From positions 135,577 through 199,576 of the forward strand of contig JBIPSI010000004.1 of assembly GCA_044070495.1 (NCBI GenBank): 64,000 nucleotides of DNA, in the 5' to 3' direction. Position numbers and translations under genes: made by a program. This stretch comes from Spirulina sp. Its GTDB lineage: Bacteria > Cyanobacteriota > Cyanobacteriia > Phormidesmidales > Phormidesmidaceae. This document shows, one piece after another, positions 10,347-21,296 of this stretch; positions within the stretch are counted from its first letter, which is position 1, and every line of letters begins with the position of its first letter. The notes beneath the pieces are model-generated. The model was not told where the DNA came from, searched no databases, and worked only from the letters and a program-made list of their open reading frames with translations.

Positions 10347-12404
10347 TTGATACAAAGGGAAACCAATTTGGGTAGGGCAATGGCCAAGGCTTGGGTGACA
10401 CAAATTTGGTGGCATGGGGTGTCCATGGTAGTCGCCACGGTGGCGGTGATGCTGCTCCAGGGGATGGCTTTTTCCTCGCCTTGGCCTGCCTTAGCGAGGT
10501 TGGAGGGTTCTTCTTGGCCAGCGGCTCCGACTCAGGACAGGATTTCTGAACTGGTGATTGTAGATGGGAGCTTGCTCCAGGCTGATCTACCCCTCACCCT
10601 TGCACCCCATCAGCAACTCGTGGTTCTAGAGGCTGATCCCGATCACGCCCTAACGGCCATCGCCCAAGCCCTGCGTCCTTATCGCAACCTAGCTGCTGTG
10701 CACCTGATCGCCCACGGTCAGCCCGGACATCTCTACCTGGGGCATACCGATGTCGATAGCCCCTGGCTGCTCCAGCATCGCCCTGAGATCCAAACTTGGC
10801 GGCGTGCCCTACGACCCCAGGCCGACCTGCTGATCTACGGTTGTGAAGTGGCCCAAGGAACCATCGGGGAGGATTTGCTAAACACTTGGCGCAGGGTGCT
10901 GCCCGTGGATGTGGCCGCCGCTGATATTCCCATCGGCGGGGTAGCTTTAGGCGGAAGTAGCCAGCTTGAACAACGGCGGGGTTCCATCGAAACTGCTTCC
11001 CTGACGGGCCTAGATACCTGGCCCATTCTGCTCAAGCAAATCACCGTCACCGCCGCCGCCGACCATGGCCCCGGCACCCTGCGAGAGGCCATCCTCCAGG
11101 CCAACCGCACCCCCGAAGACGACCGCATCTCCCTCGAAACCATCCACGACACCATCGCCCTCGCAGCCCCCCTGCCCCCCATCGCCGGAAACCTAGTTCT
11201 GGTGGGCAACGACGACACCGTGATCAGCGGCGAAAAGCAACACCGCGTTTTGGTGGTCAATCAGGGAGAGGTCACCCTACAAAATTTAACTATCGCCAAC
11301 GGGCTGGCCAGCGGCGATGACGGACTAGACGGGACGGGCGGCAGCGCCGGACTGGGGGGCGGACTGCTGATCAACGACGGCACCGTTACCCTGTCCACCG
11401 TGCGGTTTGTCGATAACCAAGCCATTGGCGGCACCAGTCTGCCCCGCCAAGACACCCAAGACACCGCCATTCGCCTAGAGAAGCAGCGCTACACCCTCAA
11501 TCGGGGGGGCATTGCCGGAGTCAACGGCATCGGCATCCATCAGGTCGGTACCTTGCCCGTGGCCCCCAATGGTCTCAGTATCGACGCCCTCGATAACCGA
11601 GTCAAGGCCAACCGGGGGGCGATGGCAGGGGTGAATGGCATTGGCGTGGGCGGCATTGGCACCATTGCCTTTGCGGGGGGCGGTGGCTTTGGCGGCCTGG
11701 GCAATGCAGGCAACGGCGGCAACGGCGGCGATGGCGGCACGGAGGGCGGCAACGGCGGCAACGGTGGCGATGGCGGCAACGGCGGCGTAGGAATCTTTGG
11801 CGGCAGCGGCCCCTGGGGCGACCTAGGAACCCTGGGTACAGCGGCCTTTAGCGGCGGCGGTGGCCTGGGCGGTGTGGGCAATGCGGGCAACGGCGGACGG
11901 GGAGGCAAGGCCGAAGCACCCACCGCCAGCGGCGGCAACGGCGGAGCTGGCGGCAACGGCGGCAATGGCGGCTTTGGCGGCGGCGGTGGGGCCGGGGGCC
12001 TTGGCGGCGAGGGCGGCTACTTTGGCATGGCTGGAAGCCCCGGCATTCCAGGCCAGGGCGGCTTTGGCGGCGGCGATGGGGCCGTGGGGCTGGGTGGCGG
12101 GGGCGGGGGCCTCGGTGGGGCCATCTTCCTTAAGGCGGGGCGGCTGATCCTACACAACACCGTCTTTGAACACAACGAAGCCATCGGCGGCGATGGGGCC
12201 AACCTGGGCCAGGGCAAGGGCGGAGCGATTTTTGTTAAACCTCAGCCCCAGGTATCAGCCGCCAACCGCCGTCAACAGCCCACCCCCCAAGTCAGAGCCT
12301 TCGGCCCACCCCCCACCTTTCGCGACAACCACGCCGCCGATGCCGATCAATCCCCCACCGACAACCCCGACCTCTACGGCCTGATCACCCTCAGCCGCCC
12401 CTAG
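10347..12404 (+). CDS. DUF4347 domain protein with glycine-rich (GGxGGxG) beta-helix-like C-terminal region
   Basis: HLIAHGQPG and LIYGCEVA DUF4347 motifs; GTLREAI; long GGNGGDGG tracts. Start codon uncertain. Confidence 0.75.
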   Translation: MIQRETNLGRAMAKAWVTQIWWHGVSMVVATVAVMLLQGMAFSSPWPALARLEGSSWPAAPTQDRISELVIVDGSLLQADLPLTLAPHQQLVVLEADPDHALTAIAQALRPYRNLAAVHLIAHGQPGHLYLGHTDVDSPWLLQHRPEIQTWRRALRPQADLLIYGCEVAQGTIGEDLLNTWRRVLPVDVAAADIPIGGVALGGSSQLEQRRGSIETASLTGLDTWPILLKQITVTAAADHGPGTLREAILQANRTPEDDRISLETIHDTIALAAPLPPIAGNLVLVGNDDTVISGEKQHRVLVVNQGEVTLQNLTIANGLASGDDGLDGTGGSAGLGGGLLINDGTVTLSTVRFVDNQAIGGTSLPRQDTQDTAIRLEKQRYTLNRGGIAGVNGIGIHQVGTLPVAPNGLSIDALDNRVKANRGAMAGVNGIGVGGIGTIAFAGGGGFGGLGNAGNGGNGGDGGTEGGNGGNGGDGGNGGVGIFGGSGPWGDLGTLGTAAFSGGGGLGGVGNAGNGGRGGKAEAPTASGGNGGAGGNGGNGGFGGGGGAGGLGGEGGYFGMAGSPGIPGQGGFGGGDGAVGLGGGGGGLGGAIFLKAGRLILHNTVFEHNEAIGGDGANLGQGKGGAIFVKPQPQVSAANRRQQPTPQVRAFGPPPTFRDNHAADADQSPTDNPDLYGLITLSRP

Positions 12405-12437
12405 GCCCCCATCCTCCTAGCATCTACCCTGTCCAAC

Positions 12438-12485
12438 CGTAGGGGCGAGGTCTCCTCGCCCGTCCAACGAGGTTTCCTCGCCCGC
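12438..12485. repeat. GTAG-type REP-like palindrome
   Basis: GTAGGGGCGAGGTCTCCTCGCCC followed by a partial second copy CGAGGTTTCCTCGCCC. Confidence 0.55.
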
Positions 12486-12541
12486 CTCAGTCGGGGACGA
12501 TCAACCAGGATTTAGGAAAACCAGGTTAGGAAAACCAGGGT

Positions 12542-13285
12542 TCACAAAATCGTAATTTCAGTGGGTTGGGCCAGCTTGGTTTCGTAGTAGCGGCAGGCCC
12601 AATAGCCAACGCTGTAGATCAAGGTGGTGTCGGTGGCCACATCCACGGCTATCCCCAGGAGAGGGATCAGGTCAAAGAACCCTTGGCCCGCCTTCACCAG
12701 CCCCGCCGCCGAGGCCGAGAGCAGCCAGATGGTAAACACCTCCCCCCGTCGCTCGCTGTCTTCGGGGGAGTAGCCATAGATGGCGGCAATGCGGTAGATC
12801 ATGTCGGCTTGCAGGGCGGCCAGAGCACCCAAATCTACCAGGGACAGCAACAGGGTGAGGGGTGGAGCTAGGCGAGTGAGGTGGGTGGCAAGGCTGACCC
12901 CGGCGGATTTGAGGCTGGTATCGGCCATCACCTGACGGGCGAGGGCGCGTTGACTGGCCTGGGGATAGGCGCGGCGCAGGTCATCCACCCCTTGGCGCAC
13001 CTGGTTCACATCGACCTGGCCCAAGGCCGCCAGCAGCCATCGCCACCCCGGCACCAGCGTTAGGCCCTGAATGATGGGGTGGGTGGCCACGGGCGTGATG
13101 CCTTGGCCCACGGTGGCCGTCAGAGGCTCTAACCAGGGCTGACAGGGTGCCATCAGCCCATTGCCCACCTGGGCAGCGGCGGCATCCAGGGTTTCCACCA
13201 TGCCTTGGGCTAAGGCCGCAAGGGTTTGCAGGGCTTCTTGGGTGGGATCGGATGCGGGGATATCGGAATTGGGGGACGAGGTCAC
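12542..13285 (-). CDS. EcsC/DUF697-like protein
   Basis: LQADMIYRIAAIYG...ERRGE...IPLLG pattern typical of cyanobacterial EcsC-like proteins. Confidence 0.65.
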   Translation of the reverse strand: MTSSPNSDIPASDPTQEALQTLAALAQGMVETLDAAAAQVGNGLMAPCQPWLEPLTATVGQGITPVATHPIIQGLTLVPGWRWLLAALGQVDVNQVRQGVDDLRRAYPQASQRALARQVMADTSLKSAGVSLATHLTRLAPPLTLLLSLVDLGALAALQADMIYRIAAIYGYSPEDSERRGEVFTIWLLSASAAGLVKAGQGFFDLIPLLGIAVDVATDTTLIYSVGYWACRYYETKLAQPTEITIL

Positions 13286-13295
13286 AGAGATAGCC

Positions 13296-15098
13296 TCAAC
13301 TGGCGGGGTAGACAGGGTCTTTGTCGATGAGAACGGGGGCTTGGTAGAGCAGGGCGGTGAAGGTCACCGTTGAACCCAAGCCCTCTCCCATACTAATAAA
13401 ATGAACGGTGCCGCCCATGGCCTCCACCAAGCGCTGGGAAATGGCCAACCCCAGCCCCGTACCGCCATACTGACGGGTGCGCTCGCCATCCACCTGGCTA
13501 AAGGATTGAAACAGCCGATCCTGTTTTTCTAACGAAACACCAATGCCGGTGTCGATGACGCTGATCTTCACCGTCCCCGGCCAGGTGGTGCCTTGATACT
13601 CGGCCTTTTGGGACTTCACCTCGGCCTGGATGGTAATGCCCCCTTCGTGGGTAAATTTGACGGCGTTGCTCACCAGGTTCAGCAATACCTGGAGCAGCCG
13701 TTGATAGTTGCCGTTGATGGTGATTTCGTCGCGGGTGGCGGGCAGCAAAATTTGAAAGGATAGCCCCTTTTGTTCCGCCAGGGGACGGGAGAAGTTTTCT
13801 ACCCCCGCCAGCAGTTCCTTTAGGTTTACGGGCACCATGTCGATCTGCATTTTGCCCGCTTCAATTTTGGCAATGTCGAGGACATCGTTGATTAAATCCA
13901 GCAGGTGAATAGCGGATTTGTGGGCCTCTTGGATGAACTCCTCCTGTTCCTCCGGGTCGTCGGCCATACCATCGAGCACCAGCTTTAGAAAACCGATGAT
14001 GCCATTTAGGGGGGTGCGCAGTTCGTGGGAGGTATTGGCTAGAAATTCGCTCTTCAGCCGTGAGGCTTCCTCCGCCTGCTGGCGGGCTTCCTCCGCTTGG
14101 CGACGGGCCTCCTGAAATTCTCGCTGCTTCTCTAGCAGGCTGGCGTTGGCCTGTTGAAGCTTGATGGCGAGGGCGTGGCTTTCGGCAAAGAGATGGGCGT
14201 GGGCCATGGCCGTCCCCACCTGATCGGCCAGATCGGTAATCAACGCCAGTTCCACCTCCGTCCACTCGCGGGCAGCGGCGTCGTAGAGGAGGATAAACCC
14301 GTTGATCTGTCCCTGGTTGCGGGTCGCCACCGCCACCGTGCTCTGTCCTGGCGCATCGGGCGACTGAAACCGCACCGCCCCCGGAAACTGCGCGGCCTGC
14401 TCCAGGTACGGATATTCCGTGGGGGGGAGGGGTTGCCCTTGCCAGCGGGGCAGGCTGTGGTCGTTGAGGCATTCTGCAACCACCTGGAAGGGCTGCACCG
14501 TGGCGGGTACCACCAGGCAACGACTAACCGCAAACAGGTCGCCCAGCCCTTCTACGGTCTGCTGCTGAATGATGTCTAGATCCAGCGTCCAGCGCACATT
14601 GCGGGTAATTTGGTTGAGCCGGGGGGAGTAGGTCTGAAGCTGAGCACAGAGCTGATCGGCCTGGGATAGGACGGTGCTGGTGGCAACCTGGGGGTAGCGA
14701 TTGGGGTGTGACCGTGACCAGCCCGATGGAATGGCCCAATAGCCCACGGCACTAATTCCTAGGCGCTGCTGATCGGGGGTAAACAGGGGATGGAGCACCC
14801 AACGTACTTCAATGCTGTGGGCACCGAGGGCAAACCGCCCAACCAAGGTGAGGGGAGCGGTCTGCTGCGCCAACGTAGCGAGGGCCTGGGGTAAGGCGGG
14901 TTCCTCAGCAAAGCAAACCACCTCAGACAGCAACCGCCCCACCCAGCTTTGGGGCAAGGTTGGAGGGAGGACCTCTGGCCCCAGGGTCTGCACCGCTTGA
15001 ACCACCCCAACCGGACTCAGCAACACCACCCAAATGGCTGACTCTTCCCCTAGGCTAGGGACTGAATCGGCGGGCTGAGGCGTGGAATTAGCAGCCAT
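13296..15098 (-). CDS. GAF-containing sensor histidine kinase (no receiver domain)
   Basis: GAF (TLDL...SRC...WTEVE...LADQVGTA), H-box SHELRTPLNG, N-box NLVSNAVKFT, DTGIG, GGTGLGL. Start placed at ATG 15098. Confidence 0.88.
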   Translation of the reverse strand: MAANSTPQPADSVPSLGEESAIWVVLLSPVGVVQAVQTLGPEVLPPTLPQSWVGRLLSEVVCFAEEPALPQALATLAQQTAPLTLVGRFALGAHSIEVRWVLHPLFTPDQQRLGISAVGYWAIPSGWSRSHPNRYPQVATSTVLSQADQLCAQLQTYSPRLNQITRNVRWTLDLDIIQQQTVEGLGDLFAVSRCLVVPATVQPFQVVAECLNDHSLPRWQGQPLPPTEYPYLEQAAQFPGAVRFQSPDAPGQSTVAVATRNQGQINGFILLYDAAAREWTEVELALITDLADQVGTAMAHAHLFAESHALAIKLQQANASLLEKQREFQEARRQAEEARQQAEEASRLKSEFLANTSHELRTPLNGIIGFLKLVLDGMADDPEEQEEFIQEAHKSAIHLLDLINDVLDIAKIEAGKMQIDMVPVNLKELLAGVENFSRPLAEQKGLSFQILLPATRDEITINGNYQRLLQVLLNLVSNAVKFTHEGGITIQAEVKSQKAEYQGTTWPGTVKISVIDTGIGVSLEKQDRLFQSFSQVDGERTRQYGGTGLGLAISQRLVEAMGGTVHFISMGEGLGSTVTFTALLYQAPVLIDKDPVYPAS

Positions 15099-15132
15099 TA
15101 GACCATCAAAACGGGAGTCAGGAGCAGGGGGT

Positions 15133-15366
15133 TCAATCGTTCCATTCGCCCTTGGGGGGCACCGTAGGATTGCGGGGCAGGGTACGCACAAGGTCATCCT
15201 CAGAGCGGCGATCCCCTCGCAGCCATTGCCGTAGGGCGACTTCAATCACCTTGGCGGGGTCGGAGGTGAGGTGTTTGACCTGATCCAGCAATTCTCGATC
15301 GAGCTGTACCGAAAGCTCTACCTTATCGCCCTGGGGAGGGGCAGCGGGAGTCGCAACGTCTTCCAT
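15133..15366 (-). CDS. Small ribbon-helix-helix-like conserved cyanobacterial protein
   Basis: KVELSVQLDRELL...VIEVALRQWL beta-alpha-alpha pattern. Confidence 0.6.
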   Translation of the reverse strand: MEDVATPAAPPQGDKVELSVQLDRELLDQVKHLTSDPAKVIEVALRQWLRGDRRSEDDLVRTLPRNPTVPPKGEWND

Positions 15367-15602
15367 AGTTTTGTGTGTAGTGCCGTGGGCTGCAATCGCA
15401 ATTCATTCTACTGCTTTCAGTTTAATCCTTCTCTAGGGGCGGGTGGCAGTGGATGGAGAACCGGGGCGTCTGGGATAGCTTGAGTTAGCCCTGCCTGGGG
15501 AAGATATCGTCTCTGGAGAACGTTGGTTGGATAACCCATTACAATAGGTAAAGTCTTCCCAACGACCTTTTTAGCACCCTTTATCCCCCTGGTAAGCCTT
15601 TT

Positions 15603-17408
15603 ATGACAGAGGTTCCCGTCTCTCAGATTCGTAACTTTTCGATTATTGCCCACATCGACCACGGCAAATCGACCCTGGCGGATCGCCTATTGCAGCGCAC
15701 CGGCACCGTCAGCGACCGCGAAATGAAAGAGCAGTTCCTCGACAGCATGGATCTGGAACGGGAACGGGGCATCACCATCAAGCTCCAGGCCGCCCGCATG
15801 AACTACAAAGCCCAGGACGGCAAAGACTACATTCTTAACCTGATCGACACACCGGGCCACGTCGATTTTTCCTACGAAGTGTCCCGATCCCTAATTGCCT
15901 GCGAAGGGGCGCTGCTGGTGGTGGATGCCTCCCAGGGCGTGGAGGCCCAAACCCTGGCCAACGTCTACCTGGCCCTAGAGAACGACCTGGAAATTATTCC
16001 CGTCCTCAACAAAATTGACCTGCCCGGTGCCGACCCAGAGCGCATCAAGGCCGAAATTGAGGAAATCATCGGCCTAGATTGCAGCGGCGCGATTCTGGCC
16101 TCGGCCAAGGAAGGGATCGGCATTGATGAGATTCTAGAATCCATCGTCTACCTGGTGCCGCCGCCCCAAGACACCGTGGATCAACCCCTGCGGGCGCTGA
16201 TTTTTGACAGCTACTACGACCCCTATCGCGGCGTGATCGTCTACTTCCGGGTGATGGATGGCAGCATTCGCCACAAGGATAAAGTGCGTCTGATGGCCTC
16301 CGGCAAAGAATACGAAATCGACGAACTGGGCGTGTTGGCCCCCACCCAAATTAAAGTAGACGAACTCCATGCCGGGGAAGTGGGCTATTTCGCCGCCTCC
16401 ATCAAGGCCGTTGAAGATGCCCGCGTGGGCGATACCATCACCCTGGTGCAAAACCCTGCCACCGAAGCCCTGCCCGGCTACGCCGAAGCTAAGCCCATGG
16501 TATTCTGTGGCCTCTTCCCCACCTCGTCCGACCAGTTTGAGGAACTGCGAGAAGCCCTGGAAAAACTGCGCCTCAGCGATGCCGCCCTACAGTACGAGCC
16601 GGAAACCTCCAGCGCCATGGGGTTTGGCTTCCGCTGCGGCTTCTTGGGCCTGCTGCACATGGAAATTGTACAGGAACGCCTAGAGCGGGAATACAACCTG
16701 GATCTGATCACCACCGCCCCTTCGGTAATCTACCGGGTCACCACCATCCAGGGCGAACTGCTGGAAATCGACAACCCCAGCACCCTACCCGACCCCCAGG
16801 CCCGCGAAAAAATCGAAGAACCCTACGTCCAGCTCGACATGATTACCCCCGAAGAGTACGTGGGGACGCTGATGGAGCTGTGTCAGGGGCGGCGGGGCGA
16901 GTTCAAGGACATGAAATACCTGGCCCAGGGCCGCACGACGCTGATCTACGAAGTGCCCCTGGCCGAAGTGGTAACGGACTTTTTCGACCAAATGAAGTCC
17001 CGCACCAAGGGCTACGCCAGCATGGAATACCACCTGATTGGCTACCGGGAAAATCATCTGGTGCGGCTCGATATTCTAATCAACGGCGATCAGGTCGATT
17101 CCCTCGCCTCCATCGTCCACCGCGACAAAGCCTACTACGTGGGCAAAGCCCTGGTGGAAAAACTCAAGGAACTGATCCCCCGCCACCAGTTCAAAATTCC
17201 CATCCAGGCCGCCATTGGTAGCCGCGTCGTCGCCAGCGAAAGCATCCCCGCCCTGCGCAAGGATGTGTTGGCCAAGTGCTACGGGGGCGACATTTCCCGG
17301 AAGAAAAAACTGCTGCAAAAGCAGGCTAAGGGTAAGAAGCGCCTGAAGGCCATCGGCACCGTGGATGTGCCCCAAGAAGCCTTCATGGCCGTCCTCAAGC
17401 TCTCCTAG
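15603..17408 (+). CDS. lepA: Translation elongation factor 4
   Basis: [63 protein letters not shown]. Confidence 0.98.
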   Translation: MTEVPVSQIRNFSIIAHIDHGKSTLADRLLQRTGTVSDREMKEQFLDSMDLERERGITIKLQAARMNYKAQDGKDYILNLIDTPGHVDFSYEVSRSLIACEGALLVVDASQGVEAQTLANVYLALENDLEIIPVLNKIDLPGADPERIKAEIEEIIGLDCSGAILASAKEGIGIDEILESIVYLVPPPQDTVDQPLRALIFDSYYDPYRGVIVYFRVMDGSIRHKDKVRLMASGKEYEIDELGVLAPTQIKVDELHAGEVGYFAASIKAVEDARVGDTITLVQNPATEALPGYAEAKPMVFCGLFPTSSDQFEELREALEKLRLSDAALQYEPETSSAMGFGFRCGFLGLLHMEIVQERLEREYNLDLITTAPSVIYRVTTIQGELLEIDNPSTLPDPQAREKIEEPYVQLDMITPEEYVGTLMELCQGRRGEFKDMKYLAQGRTTLIYEVPLAEVVTDFFDQMKSRTKGYASMEYHLIGYRENHLVRLDILINGDQVDSLASIVHRDKAYYVGKALVEKLKELIPRHQFKIPIQAAIGSRVVASESIPALRKDVLAKCYGGDISRKKKLLQKQAKGKKRLKAIGTVDVPQEAFMAVLKLS

Positions 17409-17425
17409 GCCCATCCCCTAGCCCT

Positions 17426-17454
17426 AAAAAAAGGGTGCAGACACGCTGCACCCT
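17426..17454 (-). terminator. Intrinsic terminator between convergent lepA and ssb
   Basis: AGGGTGCAG-loop-CTGCACCCT hairpin with a T7 tract on the minus strand. Confidence 0.7.
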
Positions 17455-17504
17455 CGCTCTCGTCCACGGCGCTCTCTCCGTGGAAATCTGTGGATTACCT
17501 GGCC

Positions 17505-17891
17505 CTAAAACGTCTGTGCCGCAGTCGCCACAGGGGCCTCGGCGGTTTTGGGGCTAGAGTCCAAAAAGATGTCGTTGGCTTGCAATTTCAGGCCAGCCCG
17601 TGCCTGGGCATCGGTTTTGCTCACGTAGGGGGAGGCGTCAATGGTACCGCTGGCAATGATGAGCGACCCCTTGCGAATGTGGGAGAGCTTGCGCCAAGCC
17701 GCTGATCCTTCCCACACGCTCACATCTACCGTAAAGCTGTCGTTCTCCTTGCGGCTAGGGATGCGATCCACATAAATGGTTAGATTAGCGACCTGTAAAC
17801 TGCCCCCGGCTTTGCGATCAATGCTGCGAACTTCTGGGTCTGCGGCCACATTACCGGCTAGGGTACAAAGATTTAAACCACGGCTGGACAT
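17505..17891 (-). CDS. ssb: Single-stranded DNA-binding protein (short form)
   Basis: NLCTLAGNVAADPEVR...VSVW...RKGSLIIASG OB-fold pattern; C-terminal Phe but weakly acidic tail. Confidence 0.8.
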   Translation of the reverse strand: MSSRGLNLCTLAGNVAADPEVRSIDRKAGGSLQVANLTIYVDRIPSRKENDSFTVDVSVWEGSAAWRKLSHIRKGSLIIASGTIDASPYVSKTDAQARAGLKLQANDIFLDSSPKTAEAPVATAAQTF

Positions 17892-18370
17892 AGGGAAAAA
17901 CTCCTAACGGTTAAACATAACAATGGCCATTGCAATGGCCCCTCCAACAACCAGATGACCTAGGTTGCCATCGTCTTAGACGTTAGGGTTTCCTTGTCGT
18001 TGACTCGGTGGCATGTGTATCCATCGAGCCAACGCAGAGGTGAGATGCACCCTGGTCTAAATCCTCGTTGCTGAGAATAGATAACGAATCGGCAGGCCCA
18101 TGCTGGTAGGCTCAATATGCACAGCCCCAGGGGCAAATTTACTAAGGGTAATCACTGAACTTTTCGATTTTCTAATTCCCCATGGGGCACATTACGGCTG
18201 ATGGAGTCCCTTGGGGTATGGCTGGGGGAGCTTGCCGTCGCGACGGCAGCCTAGGATTGCGTCCTGCGGGTAAAGGTTCAATGTTCAATGATTTGGCTGA
18301 GGGGTGGATTCAGCGATGTACATGGGGCCGAGGCATTTTTCGTGTCGAAAGGACACTTAAGAAAGGACGC

Positions 18371-19084
18371 CTAAAAGGGGTCAAAAATATAGTTGTCGGC
18401 GCAGTGTTGGGCCTTGGCTTGGTCGGAGGGGTTGCGCACCGTCCAGGTAATCAGCGGTAGGTGAAAAGCGCACTTGGCCACTGTGGTCGATAGCTTGGGC
18501 AAGGAACGCAGGTCGTAGGCGATGAAGTGGGGCTGGCTAGCCCAGTTAAACAGTAGATTACTGTGGGCCATGGCCAGATGCCACGGCGCAGGATCCCAGC
18601 CCATTCCGCTGGAGAGTTGCCCCCGCCGGATGTGGGGAGCATGGTGCTTAAACCACTGCAAGGAGAGAGGATTGAAGGACTGCACCGCAAACTCGCCTTG
18701 GTAGTGGCTGAGGGTTTTGAGCAGGGCATGTTCTAGGGCACCCACGCGACCCTCGTTTTTAATTTCAATCAATACCGGCACCTGGCCTTGGATCAAATCC
18801 AGCGCCTCGGCGAGGGAGGGGATGGTTTGGTCGGTTTGGTAAAGATGGTACTGCTTTAGGCTGGTGAGGGTTTGGGCGTTGATGGTGCCTGGTTGCCCGG
18901 TGAGGCGGGTCAGGGTTTTGTCGTGAAACACCGCCAACTCACCATCGGCCAAAAGCTGGATATCCATCTCAATGGGATACCCCTGGGCAATGGCGTGCTC
19001 AAAGGCCCGCAGGGAGTTTTCCGGCACCGTTTGGCCTCGATGCAGGCCGCGATGGGCAATGGGTCGAGCGGTAATCCAGTCCAT
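18371..19084 (-). CDS. Glycerophosphodiester phosphodiesterase
   Basis: IAHRG, PENSL, EMDIQ, HD, LIEIK, SFNP, WTV. Confidence 0.9.
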   Translation of the reverse strand: MDWITARPIAHRGLHRGQTVPENSLRAFEHAIAQGYPIEMDIQLLADGELAVFHDKTLTRLTGQPGTINAQTLTSLKQYHLYQTDQTIPSLAEALDLIQGQVPVLIEIKNEGRVGALEHALLKTLSHYQGEFAVQSFNPLSLQWFKHHAPHIRRGQLSSGMGWDPAPWHLAMAHSNLLFNWASQPHFIAYDLRSLPKLSTTVAKCAFHLPLITWTVRNPSDQAKAQHCADNYIFDPF

Positions 19085-19396
19085 GGCTCAGCATTTTAGA
19101 CCACAATTAAGACCACACTTTAGACCACAGGATTCCCCAATCGGGTTAAGGAACCCTTGCCATTTTGGCTGGGAGCCTTAACCTAACCGTCCTGCCCTAT
19201 CCATGGAAAGCACCACGGGGCCAGGAACAGGGCGATGTCGCCTGCCTCAAATTGAGGGAACCCCCCACGGTGTGTTTTAAGCTAGTATGGCCGACCCGTT
19301 GCGCCGTTGGACATGGGCCGCTGGTCTAGGTCACGACCGCCCCATTGCACAACCACCGATGGGACGACAACCCCAAACCCCCATTCTAAGGATTCG

Positions 19397-20383
19397 ATGG
19401 CCCTCTCTGAAGCGTTTACCCAAGATCCATCCTCGGCCCAGGATCCATCCTCGGCTCCATTGGCCCAGCCGCCGCTACGGATTGTATCCCTGATTCCTAG
19501 CGCCACCGAAATTGTGGATGCCCTGGGATTGACCAAAAACTTGGTGGGTCGCAGCCACGAGTGCGACTATCCGCTAGCGGTGAAGGATCTGCCCGTTTGC
19601 ACCGCCCCCAAGTTCGACCCCGTGGGCGACAGCGCCACCATTCACCAGCGCGTCACCGATCTGCTGACCTCGGCCCTCAGCGTCTATCGAGTCAACCTAG
19701 CGGTGCTGGAATCTCTGCAACCCACCCACATCCTCACCCAGGCCCAGTGTGAGGTGTGCGCCGTTAGCCTGGGGGATGTGGAGGCAGCGGTGGCCAAACT
19801 CGTCCACAGCCAGCCCCAGATTCTTTCCCTATCGCCCAACCAGTTAGCCGATGTGTGGGCCGATATTGAGCGGGTGGGGCTGGCCCTGGGGGTAGCGTCT
19901 ACGGCAACGGTGGTGGGCGACCTGCAAAACCGAATCCGGGATCTGGCGGATCGGGCGGCGGCCTGTGCGCCCCAACCCACGGTGACCTGCATTGAATGGA
20001 CAGAACCCCTCATGGCCGCTGGCAACTGGGTGCCGGAACTGGTGGCCATGGCGGGGGGTGTCTCGTTGTTTGGCACCGCCGGACAGCATTCGCCCTGGAT
20101 CACCTGGGAGGATCTGGTGGCCGCTGACCCCGACAAAATCGTGATTATGCCCTGCGGCTACGACCTCGCCGTCACCCGTCGCGAAACGGAAGCGCTGACC
20201 CAGCATCCAGCCTGGGCCACCCTCAAAGCGGTGCGCCAGGGTGATGTGTATGTCGTCGATGGCAACCAGTATTTCAATCGACCTGGGCCACGCCTGGTGG
20301 AATCCCTAGAGATTTTGGCCGAAATTTTCCATCCCAACACCTTTGCCCCCCAACACCAAAGCTCAGGCTGGGAACGTTGGTAA
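19397..20383 (+). CDS. Cobalamin-binding (BtuF-like) periplasmic-binding-fold protein
   Basis: RIVSLIPSATE, GRSHECDYP, NRPGPRL. No signal peptide evident. Confidence 0.8.
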   Translation: MALSEAFTQDPSSAQDPSSAPLAQPPLRIVSLIPSATEIVDALGLTKNLVGRSHECDYPLAVKDLPVCTAPKFDPVGDSATIHQRVTDLLTSALSVYRVNLAVLESLQPTHILTQAQCEVCAVSLGDVEAAVAKLVHSQPQILSLSPNQLADVWADIERVGLALGVASTATVVGDLQNRIRDLADRAAACAPQPTVTCIEWTEPLMAAGNWVPELVAMAGGVSLFGTAGQHSPWITWEDLVAADPDKIVIMPCGYDLAVTRRETEALTQHPAWATLKAVRQGDVYVVDGNQYFNRPGPRLVESLEILAEIFHPNTFAPQHQSSGWERW

Positions 20384-20492
20384 TCCCCAACACCGACCCC
20401 AACAGCATGAAAGCCTTGACCGAAGACAACCTGCGGGCTTGCGGGCCATGCGGCAACGATGTATGGAACCCTGGCCTCTGATTTCCGTCGAA

Positions 20493-20906
20493 CTATGGCA
20501 CCTGCAACCATTGCCGGACGTGGTGCAAAATTTGCTCGGCGGCGGCTAGGGCCGATTCAGCTTCCCGTTGGGTGAAGGCTTCCCCAGGGGTAAGTTCGGC
20601 CAGGGCATCGGGGTAGCGGGTGGGGATATAGAGCTTGTCCAGGGCGAGGGCGAGTTCTAGCAGCGGGGAGAACTGGGCGAGGGCGGGTTCTGGTAGATCG
20701 CGTAGGAGCCGGGTGCAGGAATGGCCCCAGGGATCGCCGTCGAGACTAATCCACACGGCCTTGAGGCTTTTTTCGGCGGATTGCTGGGCATAGAAACAGG
20801 CCTGGGCAAATTTCTTGGCCGCAATCAACGCCTGGGCCGCTTCTAGGTCGTCCAAGCCCTGGCGATACCAGCGGATGGCTTCTTGGTGGAGTTTTTCGCG
20901 GCTCAT
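20493..20906 (-). CDS. HEPN domain protein
   Basis: W...DL..A...CFYAQQSAEKSLKA...GHS...YIPTRYP. Confidence 0.85.
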   Translation of the reverse strand: MSREKLHQEAIRWYRQGLDDLEAAQALIAAKKFAQACFYAQQSAEKSLKAVWISLDGDPWGHSCTRLLRDLPEPALAQFSPLLELALALDKLYIPTRYPDALAELTPGEAFTQREAESALAAAEQILHHVRQWLQVP

Positions 20907-21253
20907 TGGGGGGCTTGCGGATATAGGGTTTTACCTTCGGCTAAGAGTTGACGGATAAAGGGCCGATTGGCCCGCTGGGCTAGTTCCGCTGGGGTGTAGA
21001 CGATCACCTCTACTGGGGCAGGGGCATCCACTAACAGGGCCAACACCTGACCCATGCGCTCCAGGGGCGGCAACGTGCAATCCCACACGAGGAAGAGATC
21101 AATATCGGAGCGACGGGTGGCACTGCCCCTGGCCCAAGACCCAAATAAAATAATGCGCTCTGGGGCGATGTGCTGGCAGAGGCGGGCTACGGCGATGGTA
21201 AGCCAGTCGGCGAGGGTGGCGGCGGTGGGGCTGGGCGGCTGGGGGAACGGCAT
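20903..21253 (-). CDS. Minimal nucleotidyltransferase (MNT), partner of HEPN
   Basis: LFGSWARG...SDIDL motif; 4-bp ATGA overlap with the HEPN gene. Confidence 0.85.
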   Translation of the reverse strand: MPFPQPPSPTAATLADWLTIAVARLCQHIAPERIILFGSWARGSATRRSDIDLFLVWDCTLPPLERMGQVLALLVDAPAPVEVIVYTPAELAQRANRPFIRQLLAEGKTLYPQAPQ

Positions 21254-21296
21254 GGGTTAGGCCTAGTGGGTGGCTGAGATCAAGCGGTCTACCATG

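Noticed and set aside
11540..12217. Pro-rich minus-strand ORFs
   Set aside because: Antisense of the Gly-rich tract
7455..19460. Short tandem duplications (15 bp at ~7455, 14 bp at ~12512, 12 bp x3 at ~19096, 18 bp at ~19420)
   Set aside because: Two to three copies with no spacers or shared consensus; likely slippage
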